From contig OZ037772.1 in the NCBI GenBank assembly GCA_964035545.1, forward strand, positions 11,034,818-11,098,817: a stretch of DNA of 64,000 nucleotides, given 5' to 3'. The position numbers were made by a program, and so were the translations under genes. This DNA comes from Bugula neritina (taxonomy: Eukaryota; Animalia; Bryozoa). Positions 51,551 through 64,000 of this stretch are shown in pieces (position 1 is the stretch's first letter; each line of letters starts with the position of its first letter). The notes under the pieces were generated by a model, which saw only the letters and a program-made list of their open reading frames with translations, made no database searches and was not told where the DNA came from.

Positions 51551-52598
51551 TCAAGCAGCTGTTTTCCTCTTTTTAGCTTTCTGTCTTTCTTCAGTTTTTT
51601 CTTTAGCCTGAAAGAGTATTAAACTGTAGAAAATAACCAATCACATGACACGAGAGAATATCAAACTGTACAAAGTAACCAATCGGATGACATGAGAGAA
51701 TAGCAAACTGTTCATAATCAGTAACCCAACATCCTTGCAAAATCTTTGTGCAGGTGAAGCAGTAAATCTATGCACACACAGCCGTGGCATTATAATACTA
51801 GTAGATCATTTACAGACATAGTGTTGAGAATTAAAAGACTGATGTCTACTGCAGATTGCAGTGAATAAACAATGTTTACTGCAGATTACTACTAACCTCG
51901 GCCACAATATCTACCAGCTTTCCTTCAGATGCTAAAGTTTTGAGTAACTCGACGATGAAAGGCAGATAGTTGTGCCTCCTTCTGATGTTCTCAGTCTATA
52001 AAGTATCGTAGACTACTCAAAATGTGTGAGATAAACAGACAATGAACTTCAAATCTTCATCATGAAGCTTACAATTTATAAAATCTTGACAAGAAGCAAA
52101 TGAACATTGAACCCAGGTTTACACAACAAAAACACTCTCAAACACAGCAGGTATAGTTCAGCAGTTTGAGAAGTTACAACAGAAAAAAGAGGGCTGCAGT
52201 AACTGTGAACACTGAATCACTGTTTACTCTGACAATGTGAGTCTCCACGTACCTTAAACTTTTCACGCTTGGCTCTCTCGGCGCTCACTGTGTCGAGAAG
52301 TTCTTTTACTTCCTCACTCTCATCAGTCATTCCCGCCTACGAGCATCCAATGTAAATGTTAGAGTACATTACAAGACGATATGATATCATGATATATCAT
52401 ATCCAGCAGGTGTGAGCTTACTAGATTCTAGGACTGCTACTATTACTACCAGTATTACTACTAGTACTAGTAGTAGTACTGGTAGTAGTAGTACTACTAC
52501 TAGTAGCACTACAATTGCTACTGCTACTACTATGACTACTACTGCTGCTGCTGCTGCTACTAGTACTGCCACTACTACCACTACCACTACCACTACCA

Positions 52599-52662
<64 letters not shown>

Positions 52663-54826
52663 CACTAGAGTATCAAACAAAATAATCATAAAAACAAAAT
52701 CTCAAAACACTAACTTCTTTCAAAAGATCAATCTTGCGTTGAGCTTGCACTATTTGATCTGTGATGATAGCCATGAGGTTGAAGTGGATCTCATCTGCGG
52801 CATATCTGCTGATTCGCTGTTCAATCACCGGTTTACCTACGCTTGTCCAATTACCTGCGATAAGATGAAATGAATAATTTATACCTGTTATCAGAATTTA
52901 TACCTGTTATTAGACTATATTATATTGTTACTTACTATATAAACATGTATGTTACTTACTGTTGGGTGGTATTGGCCCGTGGTCTATCGGACCTTCTTGG
53001 AGTCCATCCAGTTCATAAAGTCGGCCATTTATTGGCAAGTAGCCAACAAAATGAAACACGTCATCATCTTTCTGAGCCAACTTCTGGTCAAACTCAAACA
53101 ACTGCTGCCTGTGAATAGATGTCATCATGCTTTGTTTTAGTAACCTGAGTAACAAACACTCTAACTACACTATACTTTACTACTCCTGTACTACCACACT
53201 ATATTACTCATAGCATTACTATGTGTCACAGTTCCAATCTTGTAGTAGCAGACTAACAGATCTAACAGTTAGTTATAAGGAACTTATGTCAATTTAATGT
53301 GAATATATTATATTATACAATATAAATATAATATACTATATAACATAAATATGATATAATGTAAAATACAATATAATTCAATTCTGCAGGTGGAAATTTA
53401 TAAATATAACATGAATATAATGTCAAATATAATATAATGGGATTCATCAGGTTGAATATAAATGATGGAATTGGATAGACGCATTGGTATATACTAGTAA
53501 TCTAGTATAACCTGCTATTCATAAAGAAGATAAGAATACCTGGCGAAGGTGTTGTGTACTGATCGGATGTGCTGGGAGTTACTGATAGACAAACCCTTCA
53601 TCTGAGGGTCAAAAGACATGGTGAAGTCTTTGAGTTCTGTGAGACTAGAGCCCAGCTTTACATCATCGTGATCTACGTTAGCCAGGATGTTGATGATGGC
53701 TTGTGTGGCGCAGGCGTTGTTAATCACCTGCGAATATATACAGCAGTAAAGACATGTTATATTACATGAGAATATATTCATGAATAAATATATTCCAATT
53801 ATTATACTATCAAAAAAAGTATATATAGGAATAAATATATATTATACTATATTACACAAACACAAAATCATAATATACAGAAATAACTGTATGTTACATA
53901 AAGAATATATATAAGAATAAATCTAGATACTAGTCAAGTCTATCTAAAGTCAAGCAATAGGGTATGTAGCATCCCATGGTTTAACTAGTCAAACTACATA
54001 AAGTAAAGCTTTCACTCTAGAGCTATGCCATTACAATGGTGCTGTTACGTGATTATTTGATTGTGCATGTAACATGAATAAAGTATAGTGAGTTAGCTAA
54101 TAATGCCTTACCTGTTTGGCAAAATATATATGGTCACCTGAACCATCGGTTACAACTTTCCCATCTCTCTGAACATCTGGATTCCATTTAAATAGAAATA
54201 TCAGACCATGAACAGGCCTAAAATAAACTTTAAGTTTATAAAATTGACTACTAGGGGCATATCATAACTACTAAAATATTAATGGTGTCATGCAACCCAA
54301 AAATACTTGGTTCTCAACTACCTTCATCACATTTTTCTAAGTTAATAACGTGAGACTGAAATAAAATTGGTACTCTTTATAAATAACAGACTCTAAGCAT
54401 AAATATGGAATACATTGATAAAATGAGAATTAATAATTTATCAAAAGCACTTTTCATTATTTAGTCTTCAGCTTACACCTAACAGTATTCAGTTTGCACT
54501 TCAAAGAGACAAGTTTACACGTTGTTTTTAGCAAGCACATCAAATCCGCTCACCCTAAACTAGAAAGCAATTCTTCATCGAGGGACCATATCTCTTCAAC
54601 TTGGGCTCCTTCAACACCTGGAAAATGAACAAAATTAATTCTGCACGTTTTGCTTAATGAAAATAAAACTTAATATTTACTTGTTTTACCTAACAGAATT
54701 TCTTACACTTGGAAGATTATTTGTATTAATAATATAATAATAGAAAAATAATTTACCAAACTTTTTGATCAATTCAGTGAAAACTCCAGGGTCACTTTCA
54801 ATAAGGCACCAGTCTCCTGCACTCAT
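51551..54826 (-). CDS. UCHL5: Ubiquitin C-terminal hydrolase L5 (UCH37), 9 exons
   Basis: [20 protein letters not shown] (54826-54757), [39 protein letters not shown] (catalytic Cys), FHFVGY..LYELDGL (His/Asp), [27 protein letters not shown] (ULD tail), TGA at 51553-51551. Confidence 0.97.
52430..52668. repeat. (ACT/ACC/GCT)n trinucleotide repeat in a UCHL5 intron
   Basis: Directly visible; source of the poly-T and poly-V ORFs. Confidence 0.95.
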
Positions 54827-54903
54827 ACTTGTGATTTATAAATTTTAATTATATTTATTTTTATAATCAAAACAACTATCAATACGAATATTGGAACTAG
54901 TTG

Positions 54904-55466
54904 GGTGACTAGTCAATATTCCGAAGGCCCATTGCTCCGAAGGTCCATTGTTCCGAAGGTCCATTAGTCCGAAAATTAGTATATACACGGGATAGTTGAG
55001 GACATTCTCACTGAGAATATTGTAAACTTCACTCACAATTTAGTTTGAGTTCTTGCTATATAATTTTCATGTGGGTGGCATGCGTGTTGCCTACTTGGGA
55101 TTGTTTAGCCTGAGATTACACTATGACCAATAAGCAGCTGCCTCACCATCTATCAACATAATTATGCTTACATTATTAATTACAGGCTGACAGGCTAGTA
55201 AATAGCTTGCTGTGTACTTTGTTTATAGAGCAGCCATAATTGGGGCAGCTGCGTATCGGTCATAGTGTAATCTCAGGCTAAACAATCCCAAGTAGGCAAC
55301 ACGCATGCCACCCACATGAAAATTATATAGCAAGAACTCAAACTAAATTGTGAGTGAAATTTACAATATTCTCAGTGAGAATGTCCTCAACTATCCCGTG
55401 TATATACTAATTTTCGGACTAATGGACCTTCGGAGCAATGGGCCTTCGGAATATTGCTCCGTCCCC
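54904..55466. mobile_element. Young foldback non-autonomous DNA transposon (Mutator/Phantom-like MITE)
   Basis: About 215-bp near-perfect inverted arms (54913-55128 vs 55258-55456), 15-bp subterminal repeats (TCCGAAGG(C/T)CCATTG), GG...CC ends and an 8-bp direct flank ACTAGTTG (54896-54903, 55467-55474). Confidence 0.85.
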
Positions 55467-56032
55467 ACTAGTTGAAATAATAATGAATAATAAAGATAAC
55501 TGCTTTTACTATTAGTATCAATTAATTTTGTTAGCAATACTAACAGTAATAGTAATACTAATAGTAATAGTAATAGTAAATCCCTAAATCAGTAAATGTA
55601 ATACTCAGTCTTGTACTTATAGTTATACTGCCACAACAAAGAATTTTGTAAAAATGGCTTTAATTTTTCAATCTCAATCTGTCCCAACAATGATTGTAGT
55701 CAGAAAACGTGAATGTCAATCAAATATATGTTGTAACTTGGGTAAAACAACCAAACTTGTTTGGCTAAACTTTAATTTCAATTTGACTAAATTAATTATT
55801 TCAAAACAGTGTAGACTTCCGAAAATTAGCGTTTATAGTTGAATCATTTATTAAATTTAAAAATACTTTCCAATTGGTTCAAGTGTTTTAATATATGTTG
55901 CATAGAGTAGGTTTTTATACAACAAAAAAGATTTGACTTGACTCGCTGACTTAAAATAAATAGCTTCCAATTCCGTCTCTAAAAACATCTTAGCCTATAG
56001 GCTTAACTGAAAAGAATTACTTAGCATAACTA

Positions 56033-56166
56033 TCTATAAACAGCTCCGAGTTGGGGATATCTCAGTGCAGTAGTTTGAGGTTCTCGAGTTCTCGAGTTTA
56101 CATCCCCCAAACCTGAAATCACCAAACTATTACACCCATTAACCTCCAACTTGTAGCTGCTTGTAG
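56033..56166. repeat. Short degenerate inverted repeat (old MITE remnant?)
   Basis: TCTATAAACAGCTCCGAGTTGG ... CCAACTTGTAGCTGCTTGTAGA. Confidence 0.5.
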
Positions 56167-57099
56167 AACAATTTTATGTTTGCAGGATAAGTGAAGTTAA
56201 AATTATATGTTATCAATATTTATATTATGTTTTATATTATTATTATCATTGTTTATTACAGTTTCTGTGCCTGATTATAGCAAGTGGTTGTCGTCTACAT
56301 TATGTTTTATTTTATTTTGATTATTATTGCAAAAGTTATTCCTTTTCAATTTTAAAATAAATATGAAAAGTTAAAATTAATTTATTTATTATTTATTTAT
56401 TATGATTTGTTAATTTATGATTATCATTATAATTATGATTACCGATTACGATTATCATAATGTCAATGATTATGGGAATTAGTATTGCTGTATTAGTGTA
56501 TTGGTTATGCTGTTGCTTATAACTTATAAGTCATAATCATTAATGTAAATGATAATTTAAATTATAGTGAATATGATCATCATAATGATGATAAATATTA
56601 AATATGATGATCATTGACATTATGATAATGACAATGATAATGATTATCATCGTATTTAAATTGAGGATAATCACAATCTAAACAGTAAGTTCAACATTAA
56701 CCTTTAAGTTTAACTTCAAGTGTAAGTGATAGCCAGTAAAACTAAAAGTAAATGTAACAAACTAACACTAACAGTAATGAATAATGAATTTACAATCATA
56801 ATGATATTCATATTGATTTTCATATTATCGTTATGATTATCATTACGGTTATTGATGAATATTAACAATAGTTAAGACTTAGGTTTTTCTTTTGCAGCAA
56901 ACCATGGAAAGATATTTAACTTAATCTTATTAATAATATTTTAAATAACAATTTGTAAATTGTCATTCCTTATTAGAAGCATAAGCTCATTAAATTAGTA
57001 TTTATAATAGAGATAATCCTAATGTAAAACGATTGGTAAGTCTGTAGATATTTAAGCTGGCACTTGAATTCTCTAGATACTGAAGCTAAGCTAACTAGA

Positions 57100-60000
57100 A
57101 TGTCTGGAAACTCTGAGCTTAGACAGCTTCTTCAGAGAGAAAGATTTGCGGAAGAGGTTAGTTAACAGTGCAACTGCTAGACTTGACTTTGACATGTTAT
57201 GTTGTGACGCTGGAGCTATAGTTTCCTTAAGTTTTCAGGCATTGCTGGGATGGAAAAAAAGAGTTCTTCATAACATGATTTGTCTCTAGAAATATTGTCG
57301 TTTTAGTCTAAATGTTTACTGTTCAGATAATTCTTTCTTCACAGTTAAAGAGTTAAAAGTTTTCATTTTTAGCTTTTTTGTAAGCAAAGAGAAATTCACA
57401 AAGATAAAAATTAAATTTTTTTACACTCTCAAAAACTTTTGTAATACTACGAGTAACTCATAAAGTATTAGCTATATTCCATGAAGATCCAATCATCTAT
57501 ATACAAGATGTTTATAACTGTGCAAGACACTACTTCAATTGAGCCTTGAAACACAAATATGTAAATTTTTGTTTTAAAAATAGTCAGACTATTTTAGTAA
57601 TTAGAAAAGTGAAGTTAGTTTCACTTCTATTGTTACGGAACCTGTTATATGTCTGATGTTGGCGTTTTAAGCTCTGTTGTAACTAGCAGTAGCCAAGTCC
57701 TAGGATACAAAGCGCTTTTTATACATACTAAAGTTGATTAGTTATTCTCCAAGGTATAGCCTGACAGTTACAAGTTCTGTGGCCCTTTTTACTTGTTTCT
57801 GATTGCGGTGAGACATCTCTGTGGACTGTAAGCTAATTCTGTGTTTGTAGCCTATGAACTTGTATACTGTTTGTAGCCTGATAAAGATGGGTTCAGTGGG
57901 GACCCAGCTCAGTCTCACATAACTGATGTACAAGACCCGGGGCAATATCAACAGCAACTCCCTAACTCTTCCACGCATTCCAAGTTTGATGATAGTTACA
58001 CAGTCACTTCCTCTTTTCCTGCAGACGGCAAGAATGTTCCGGACCTGTCGGAGTTCTCTAACTCCTCATCTAATAATATGCAATGTGAGTTTTCATACTA
58101 ATAAACCCTTTTTAGAGATCCGCGATATTTCTTTTACAATTAGGAGTTGTGTCCTCCCGATGTGACTAGGTTGAACCTACTAAAAATATCCAATGTGAGT
58201 TTTCATACCAAATATTTATTTATTCCTACTCCTTAATAAATAATTTCAATTTGAGAAGACATGAAATTAGTTTCTGCTGAACTTCAACCTATTTTTTTCT
58301 CCTCAATGTGAGGTTTATTCATTTTACTTGAAAATATTGCAAATTTTGGTTGTCAACCACAAGACTCGAATTTGGCTTGAAGCTAATAGTAAGCTACTTG
58401 TTGTTCATGTGCAATGTTCAGATTTCTGGTTAACTAGAGTTACACGCTTGTATAAAGTTAATTGTACCACAATGAATTGCCTTTAATTTCTATTAATCTT
58501 TCTACTCTGGATTACTGTCAGCTAAATGATTAAATGAAATGGATGTTGCACCAGTAATCTTGTAGTGGATGGCATTATCTTTTGTTAAATTATTTCTCTC
58601 TGTGTTTTGGAAGAGGCTGATACTATATTTTACAAAAACGTGAGAATGGCACCAGGTTTTGTGGTGATTCAAATTATAATTTATTTTCTAAGTCAGCTCC
58701 TCAATGTGGATTTTTAAGATTTACTTGAAAGACTAAATCACTACTTGATATCTAGTAATCTTACTGAACACACATTGACCATATCAGCGAGAATACATAA
58801 AGACTAATTGTTTCAGCCCTAGATTACATAAAGACTAACTGTTTCAGCCCTAGCTGGATTGGATATGCTCTCTAACCTGGACAACACATCTTGGCTGTCT
58901 TCCTCGATGGGTGATGACTTTGACCTTGGTGTGGCAGCGTTAGTGCAGGCTGCCGATCAGTTTCCTTTCTCCAACCTCAACATGGATGAGTTCACTGAGC
59001 AGGTGTTACAGTCGGAGGTTGATGGCCAGGTATACATGTATATACTGTAGAGTGTAGATATACTGTATATACTGTAGAGTGTAGATATACTGTAGAGTGT
59101 AGATATGTGTTGTATGTGCTCTATGTGTATAAACATGTACTGTAGGCTACTGTTAGTGTGTATTTCTATATGTATGCATTGTCAACCCTGACAGATGCTT
59201 GCCTCTCTCTATACATGTGTTCTGTAAATATATAAATGTGTGTGTGTACTTCATATGCACTTTATGTGTATATATATATTTACTGTATGTGTATAAATAT
59301 GTACTGTAGGTATATATAATATGTACTGTAGGTGCATATAATATGTACTGTCAGTGTGTATTACTCTGTTATATCTCTATACAGGAAGTCAGCAGTTGGG
59401 CAGAGCAGACTTTATTAGACGAGTTCTCTCAGTCTAAGTCCGTACCATCCCAGTCTGGTGATGCTAAATTCGCTGGCTATGGTAGGACATAGTAATATCT
59501 TCTCTTCGTTTGAAAGTCCTTCTATTTTGTTTTGTAAAGATTTTTGACCACTTCAGAATTACCACCATTTATTTCTTGTAAATATCAATAAATTTCTCAT
59601 GAAAAGCGTTATTTGAACACATTACATAAGGTTCGGTGAAATTGTATATATATGAGTGCATTGGCAACATAAATTTCATAAGAGAGGATGTAAAAGGTGT
59701 TACATGAATTTGCTGTGTGGGGTGAGGTGATTCCATTTTAGGCATTTTTGTCTTTCTACATCACATGATATGTTTTCATGGTGCGCAGAACGTTATGCGG
59801 GTTACAATCATTAGGTTTTCAGTTTTATATTCATGTATGAGATTTGTGAGTGGTCTTCGGCCATTAAACAGTGTCATGGTCTCCCCCTCCCCCTTATTCT
59901 CCTATAAATGACACATTGCTATCTCCTGCATGTTGTGTGATTCAATATTGGTAGGAAGTGGCTATTCGGAGTTGTCTCAACCGAAGTCTAGCTGTTGCCC

Positions 60001-63000
60001 TCTCAGTAGCAACTCTTGTAAAGTAGGGGTGGGTATGTTGCCAACCTGCACCTCTGTAGCCTGTACCAGCAGTACACTTCGGTCTACAGTGAGTATTTCT
60101 ATCTAACCAATAGCTGGCTAATGTAAAACTTCTTTTAAAAAACATGTAAAAGACACAACATGCACTTTGAACTGCACGCAGCTCTGTAAATGCTTTTAGG
60201 AATTAAGTTTTTATGCAGTTTTCGCCGTCAAACACCCGACTGTGGTTTGAAAAACTGCTGGGTCTTTTAGCTTTAGTAGGTTTATGAGAGCTAAACGGAG
60301 CAGCCGTGGTCTAGGGGTTAGAGCACTGGCTTAGTAAACACGAGATCATGGGTTCGAACCCCAGTAAAGGTCATTGGTGGTGTTAGGAAGAGCATCCAGT
60401 CACATCTGAATAAGTTCTTAGCCTGCTTTAAAAACCTTTCCATTAGAGGTTTTCTCACAGGGATAGTGACTAAAAACTTGCATGAGTTTTATTGAGAACT
60501 AAGTAAATACCATGTGCTATCATTATAAGGTGTTTAAGTCAAGTTGTATATACGCTCCATTGATTTCCAATATGCATCACACTGAGCTGTAAGAGATCAG
60601 CTGTCCTTGCTCCACATACACTGCAAAACTTATTACCTTAAATCTCACTGTAATCACAGCATTAGAGTAGCTAATTAGCTAATTATAACGTAGGTTGTAG
60701 GTCATAGGTTTAGGACTTGAAACTAGCTCTAATAACTATGAATCCACTGTGTAAATGACTGGTAACACTCTACCACTGGCCCTTCCAGTTTTTCTAATAA
60801 AAATGCTGGGAGTAAAGAAAAAATACAGTTTATCCATCACATTTAAAAATAATTATGAAACCTTTACGTTACTGACTGCACCAAAGTTTTGAGTTTTATT
60901 TTATTATCCTGACAGTCTATAATTTTATCTTCTGAACTTTTATATGTGTTTGACTGTAGGTGAGTGTGTTGTCAAAATTGTGAGCTAGTTGAAAGTTGTT
61001 TATTAGTTTTATGATTAATCAGTTTATTTGACTGTCATTTTTTTCTATTTTCTCTGTTTTACCTATTATTTTTCACGAAACTTGTAATAGTTGGCAGGAC
61101 TAGCATTATTTTGTCTCTTTTCAAACTAAAGAAAGAAAGGATAAAATTAAGTTTTACATATCTAGGTCTTTTGAAAAAAAAACTTAATGTTTTTAGCTCT
61201 CCATTTTTAGTGGAGTTTAAAATGCAGAATCATAAAAACTAGAAAAGGTTTAGTCAACAATAACAAAAAGTTTTGGGTTCTAATAATGTTGTAATTGCTA
61301 TGCAAACATACCACAAATAAATGTACAGTTTGAAAATAACTTGAAAGAAAATTGATTATTTTGGAAGAGTGAATTTCTAATTATCACTCTGAATATATAT
61401 TATAATAAAATATCATATGTTTACTTGTCTCACATGTCTTTATTCTCTATATTCTACACTCTATATTCTACACTCTATATTCTACACTCTATACTTTATA
61501 CTCTATATTCTATAGGTTATACTTTATACTCTATACTCTCTATTCTATAGTTTATACTTTATATTCTATACTTTATACTCTATATTCTCTATTCTATAGT
61601 TTATACTTTATATTCTATACTTTATACTCTATATTCTGCATTTTATGCTCTGTATTCTACACTCTATATTATACACTATACTTTATGCTCTACATTATGT
61701 ACTTTATTCTTTTCTGCTGTGCTTTTAGTTTCACCCTGCTAGTGGCTGGAACCATTTCTACCAAGTAATTGCTATTTAGTGCAGTAACGGAGAAATTGTT
61801 CAGTCCAAGTTCTTTAGTTGTTCCTATGATTTTTGGTTGGGAGTGGGGATTAAATATTAAGATAGAGGACACAACTTTTCCAATGTTTTTCATTTAGAAC
61901 ACAGACCTAAATTTCTCTGTTCCTGCCCTACTTTGTAATTGTTAACTCAAAGTGTTATTTTGCTTTATGGTGAATGTTGTGGTAAACTTTAATGCATTTA
62001 AATATATTTTGTAAATGCTGCTATGAATTATAGCATATATATGCTGTGAATTTTGGTGTAAATTATAGTATATATTGTGACTATAAACTCTACTATATAT
62101 TGTAAATGTTGTTGTAATACAAGATGCCCAACTTGAGGTCATGTGTAATTTCGAAGGCCTTGTTTTCTGGTTTCCGGAATATTTTCCAACTTCCCATCTT
62201 TGTGTGTTGACTTTATCTTGTTGGTCTGTTAAGGGTATGACTAACCATTTATAAAGATTTCTGCATTGGCACTTTTTACAAACTTTTTTACAGGTTCAAA
62301 ATTATTTCACAATCTAAGAAAGGAATGAGCCATTTGTTCTTACATGATTTTACCTCATTGTTTAAACACGTACGCGCTCACACACACAGTTGCTCAGACA
62401 ATACATGTACGTGAATTTAATATTCAGAGTTGTCACTTTGACGATTTAGCACATGTTCTTATATTCTCCTTCTGCAGTCTCTGATAGAGCCTCCCTACCC
62501 ATCTATACAGACTAAGTATCTGAGAACTCAGTCTATGCCCGGTGCACTTGACGAGCCGTCTGACAGACCCCCCAGTCATTACAATGCACATCCCCTGCAG
62601 GTCCTCGGTCTACCTTCACATCCCACAGACAAGATGGCGCATTCACAGTCAGTTCATCTCAACTTTAGCCTGTGTACCATGTTATTCCTCTTAGAGTTTC
62701 TAGTACCTCTACTATACTTTATATTATAATATATAATGCTAGTTGTGAATTGTATGCCTTACACTGGATATAAGCAATATCTGCAAGTGGTGGAGTAACC
62801 CCCTAACTTTCTAGAGCACTCCTAGGGTCAACACTACTTTGAGCTAAAATAGTGAAAGCAAAGTGTTGAAATGTAATTAATTAGCCGAAATGATGGTTGA
62901 AACATCAGTGAAAATATTTAATAATTTTATTCTGTGTTGTCAGTTTTACCACAAGATATTTTGGACAAACACTAAGCTTTCACTTCCTGTTGAAAGTATT

Positions 63001-64000
63001 TTCAAAGCCTGGCTATAAATATATGCAGTCTTGTTTACAGTTTGACTTTTAAGATATAATATCATCACCATGGTGATATGTAAATTTAGCCAACATTTCT
63101 ATTGTCTTCGTATATAGACACAAGTTGCAGGCTAAATTAGTACTTATGAAGCAGAACTAGTGGTAGGTTTACATGATGAGCTCTGAATCTTATACTGCTG
63201 CTGCCGCTGTTGTAGCGAGAAGTATGGCGCTCCTGGCAGCGGCTCTCAACCGGTCTCCCCGTTACACACCACCAGCCGGGCCGCTCCCGCCTCTCACCAG
63301 AACCAGTTCTATCAAACCTTTCCCTACAGCTCTGATTGGACAACTTCATCTCACCGTATGCCAGGTGCAGTCATGCGTGACAATATGTTTTTTCACCTAT
63401 TCCACTTTGTCCTGTTTAGGCAGCAATATGTTATATCTCAGGATAATTTAACTTACCTCATGTACTCAAGTGTATGTCACAGTGATTGAGTTTCCATCAC
63501 ATTTGTGGATTTCACCCACTTGAATCTGCTGTAACCATTTACTACTATGATCACATCATCCACTGTCTTCCAACTCTATCTTCTTCTCTACAAGCTTGAA
63601 TGTTCTATTTTCTTCCATAGACGACCAGTTGGCCTACTCTAAGGGTGAGATGAACTCATATCTGAACACGCCGAGTCAGGCAGCGCAATCACCGTACGTC
63701 CAGCAATCTCACTACTCATTAGACTCTCAGCTGCTGCATATGGCACCTGGCAGGCCGAGTGTACCGACATCATGGTCCGGCACCCCATCGTCTAGTCATG
63801 CCAGCCTGCTGCAAGCACAGCTTGCTCTGCAGAGTCAGCCCAGGCAGCAGACGCAGCTGACTTCACACGGCAGCGGGTCGGGCAGCGGGTTCTCCATGCA
63901 AGATCAGCGAGTCATGTCTCCCAACTTCTCGCCTGGTCTGCAGACGTCAACAGCTGGTGGTTTTCCCAACTCTTATGGCTCAAGAAACAGAGTTTACGAG
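57100..64000 (+). CDS. Unidentified gene, 5' part: S/P/Q-rich, probably disordered protein with N-terminal LxxLL; runs off the window
   Basis: Phase-consistent exons: 57100-57156 (MSGNSELRQLLQRERFAEE), 57877-58084 (PDKDGFSG...NNMQ), 58848-59029 (LDMLSNLDNTSWLSSSMGDDFDLG...), 59385-59481, about 62488-62647 (boundaries uncertain), 63216-63364 (EKYGAPGSGSQPVSP...), 63621-end (open frame). Confidence 0.7.
60297..60490 (+). mobile_element. tRNA-derived SINE copy
   Basis: A and B boxes and body match the other copies, with a small internal deletion. Confidence 0.85.
61440..61690. repeat. CTCTATATTCTACA-type low-complexity repeat
   Basis: Reverse complement of the TAGAGTA family. Confidence 0.85.

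Noticed and set aside
52387-52873. Poly-Val and poly-Thr (mucin-like) ORFs
   Set aside because: Translations of a trinucleotide repeat inside a UCHL5 intron.
57631-58138. Solo LTR (TGTTA...TTACA)
   Set aside because: No target-site duplication, and the GC-richer core is better explained as a phase-consistent coding exon (57877-58084).
59688-60152. Mobile element bounded by ATGTAAAAG direct repeats
   Set aside because: No terminal inverted repeats, LTR features or second copy in the window; a 9-bp AT-rich match can be chance.
63173-63451. 92-aa ORF as a separate gene
   Set aside because: Alternative frame of the 63216-63364 exon; splice phases favour the other frame.

Overview
AT-rich eukaryotic genomic DNA with GT-AG introns, from an invertebrate animal (innexin gene; probably a spiralian/lophotrochozoan, species not determinable). 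Splicing exons by hand gives six genes: an innexin (+, 1475-13378), two tandem Pbx/extradenticle TALE homeobox genes on the - strand (canonical copy 21022-28223; strongly diverged but apparently intact copy 14399-19156), FKBP15/WAFL (+, 31368-50450) with a 22-aa tandem repeat (about 15 copies) in its last exon, UCHL5/UCH37 (-, 51551-54826), and the 5' part of an unidentified S/P/Q-rich gene with an N-terminal LxxLL motif (+, 57100 to window end). Mobile DNA: a decayed Academ-like DNA transposon with a nested RTE-LINE fragment, a second RTE fragment inside a (TA)n tract, five copies of a tRNA-derived SINE whose tail resembles the RTE 3' end, and several foldback MITEs. The best candidate for something new is the second Pbx gene. 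It keeps all 9 exons and the helix-3 DNA-recognition residues, but has substitutions in the Hox-hexapeptide pocket and has lost most of the N-terminal PBC-A segment. It also shows patches of apparent gene conversion with its neighbour. Short tandem duplications spanning splice junctions recur across the window. All coordinates were read by eye and may be off by a few bases.
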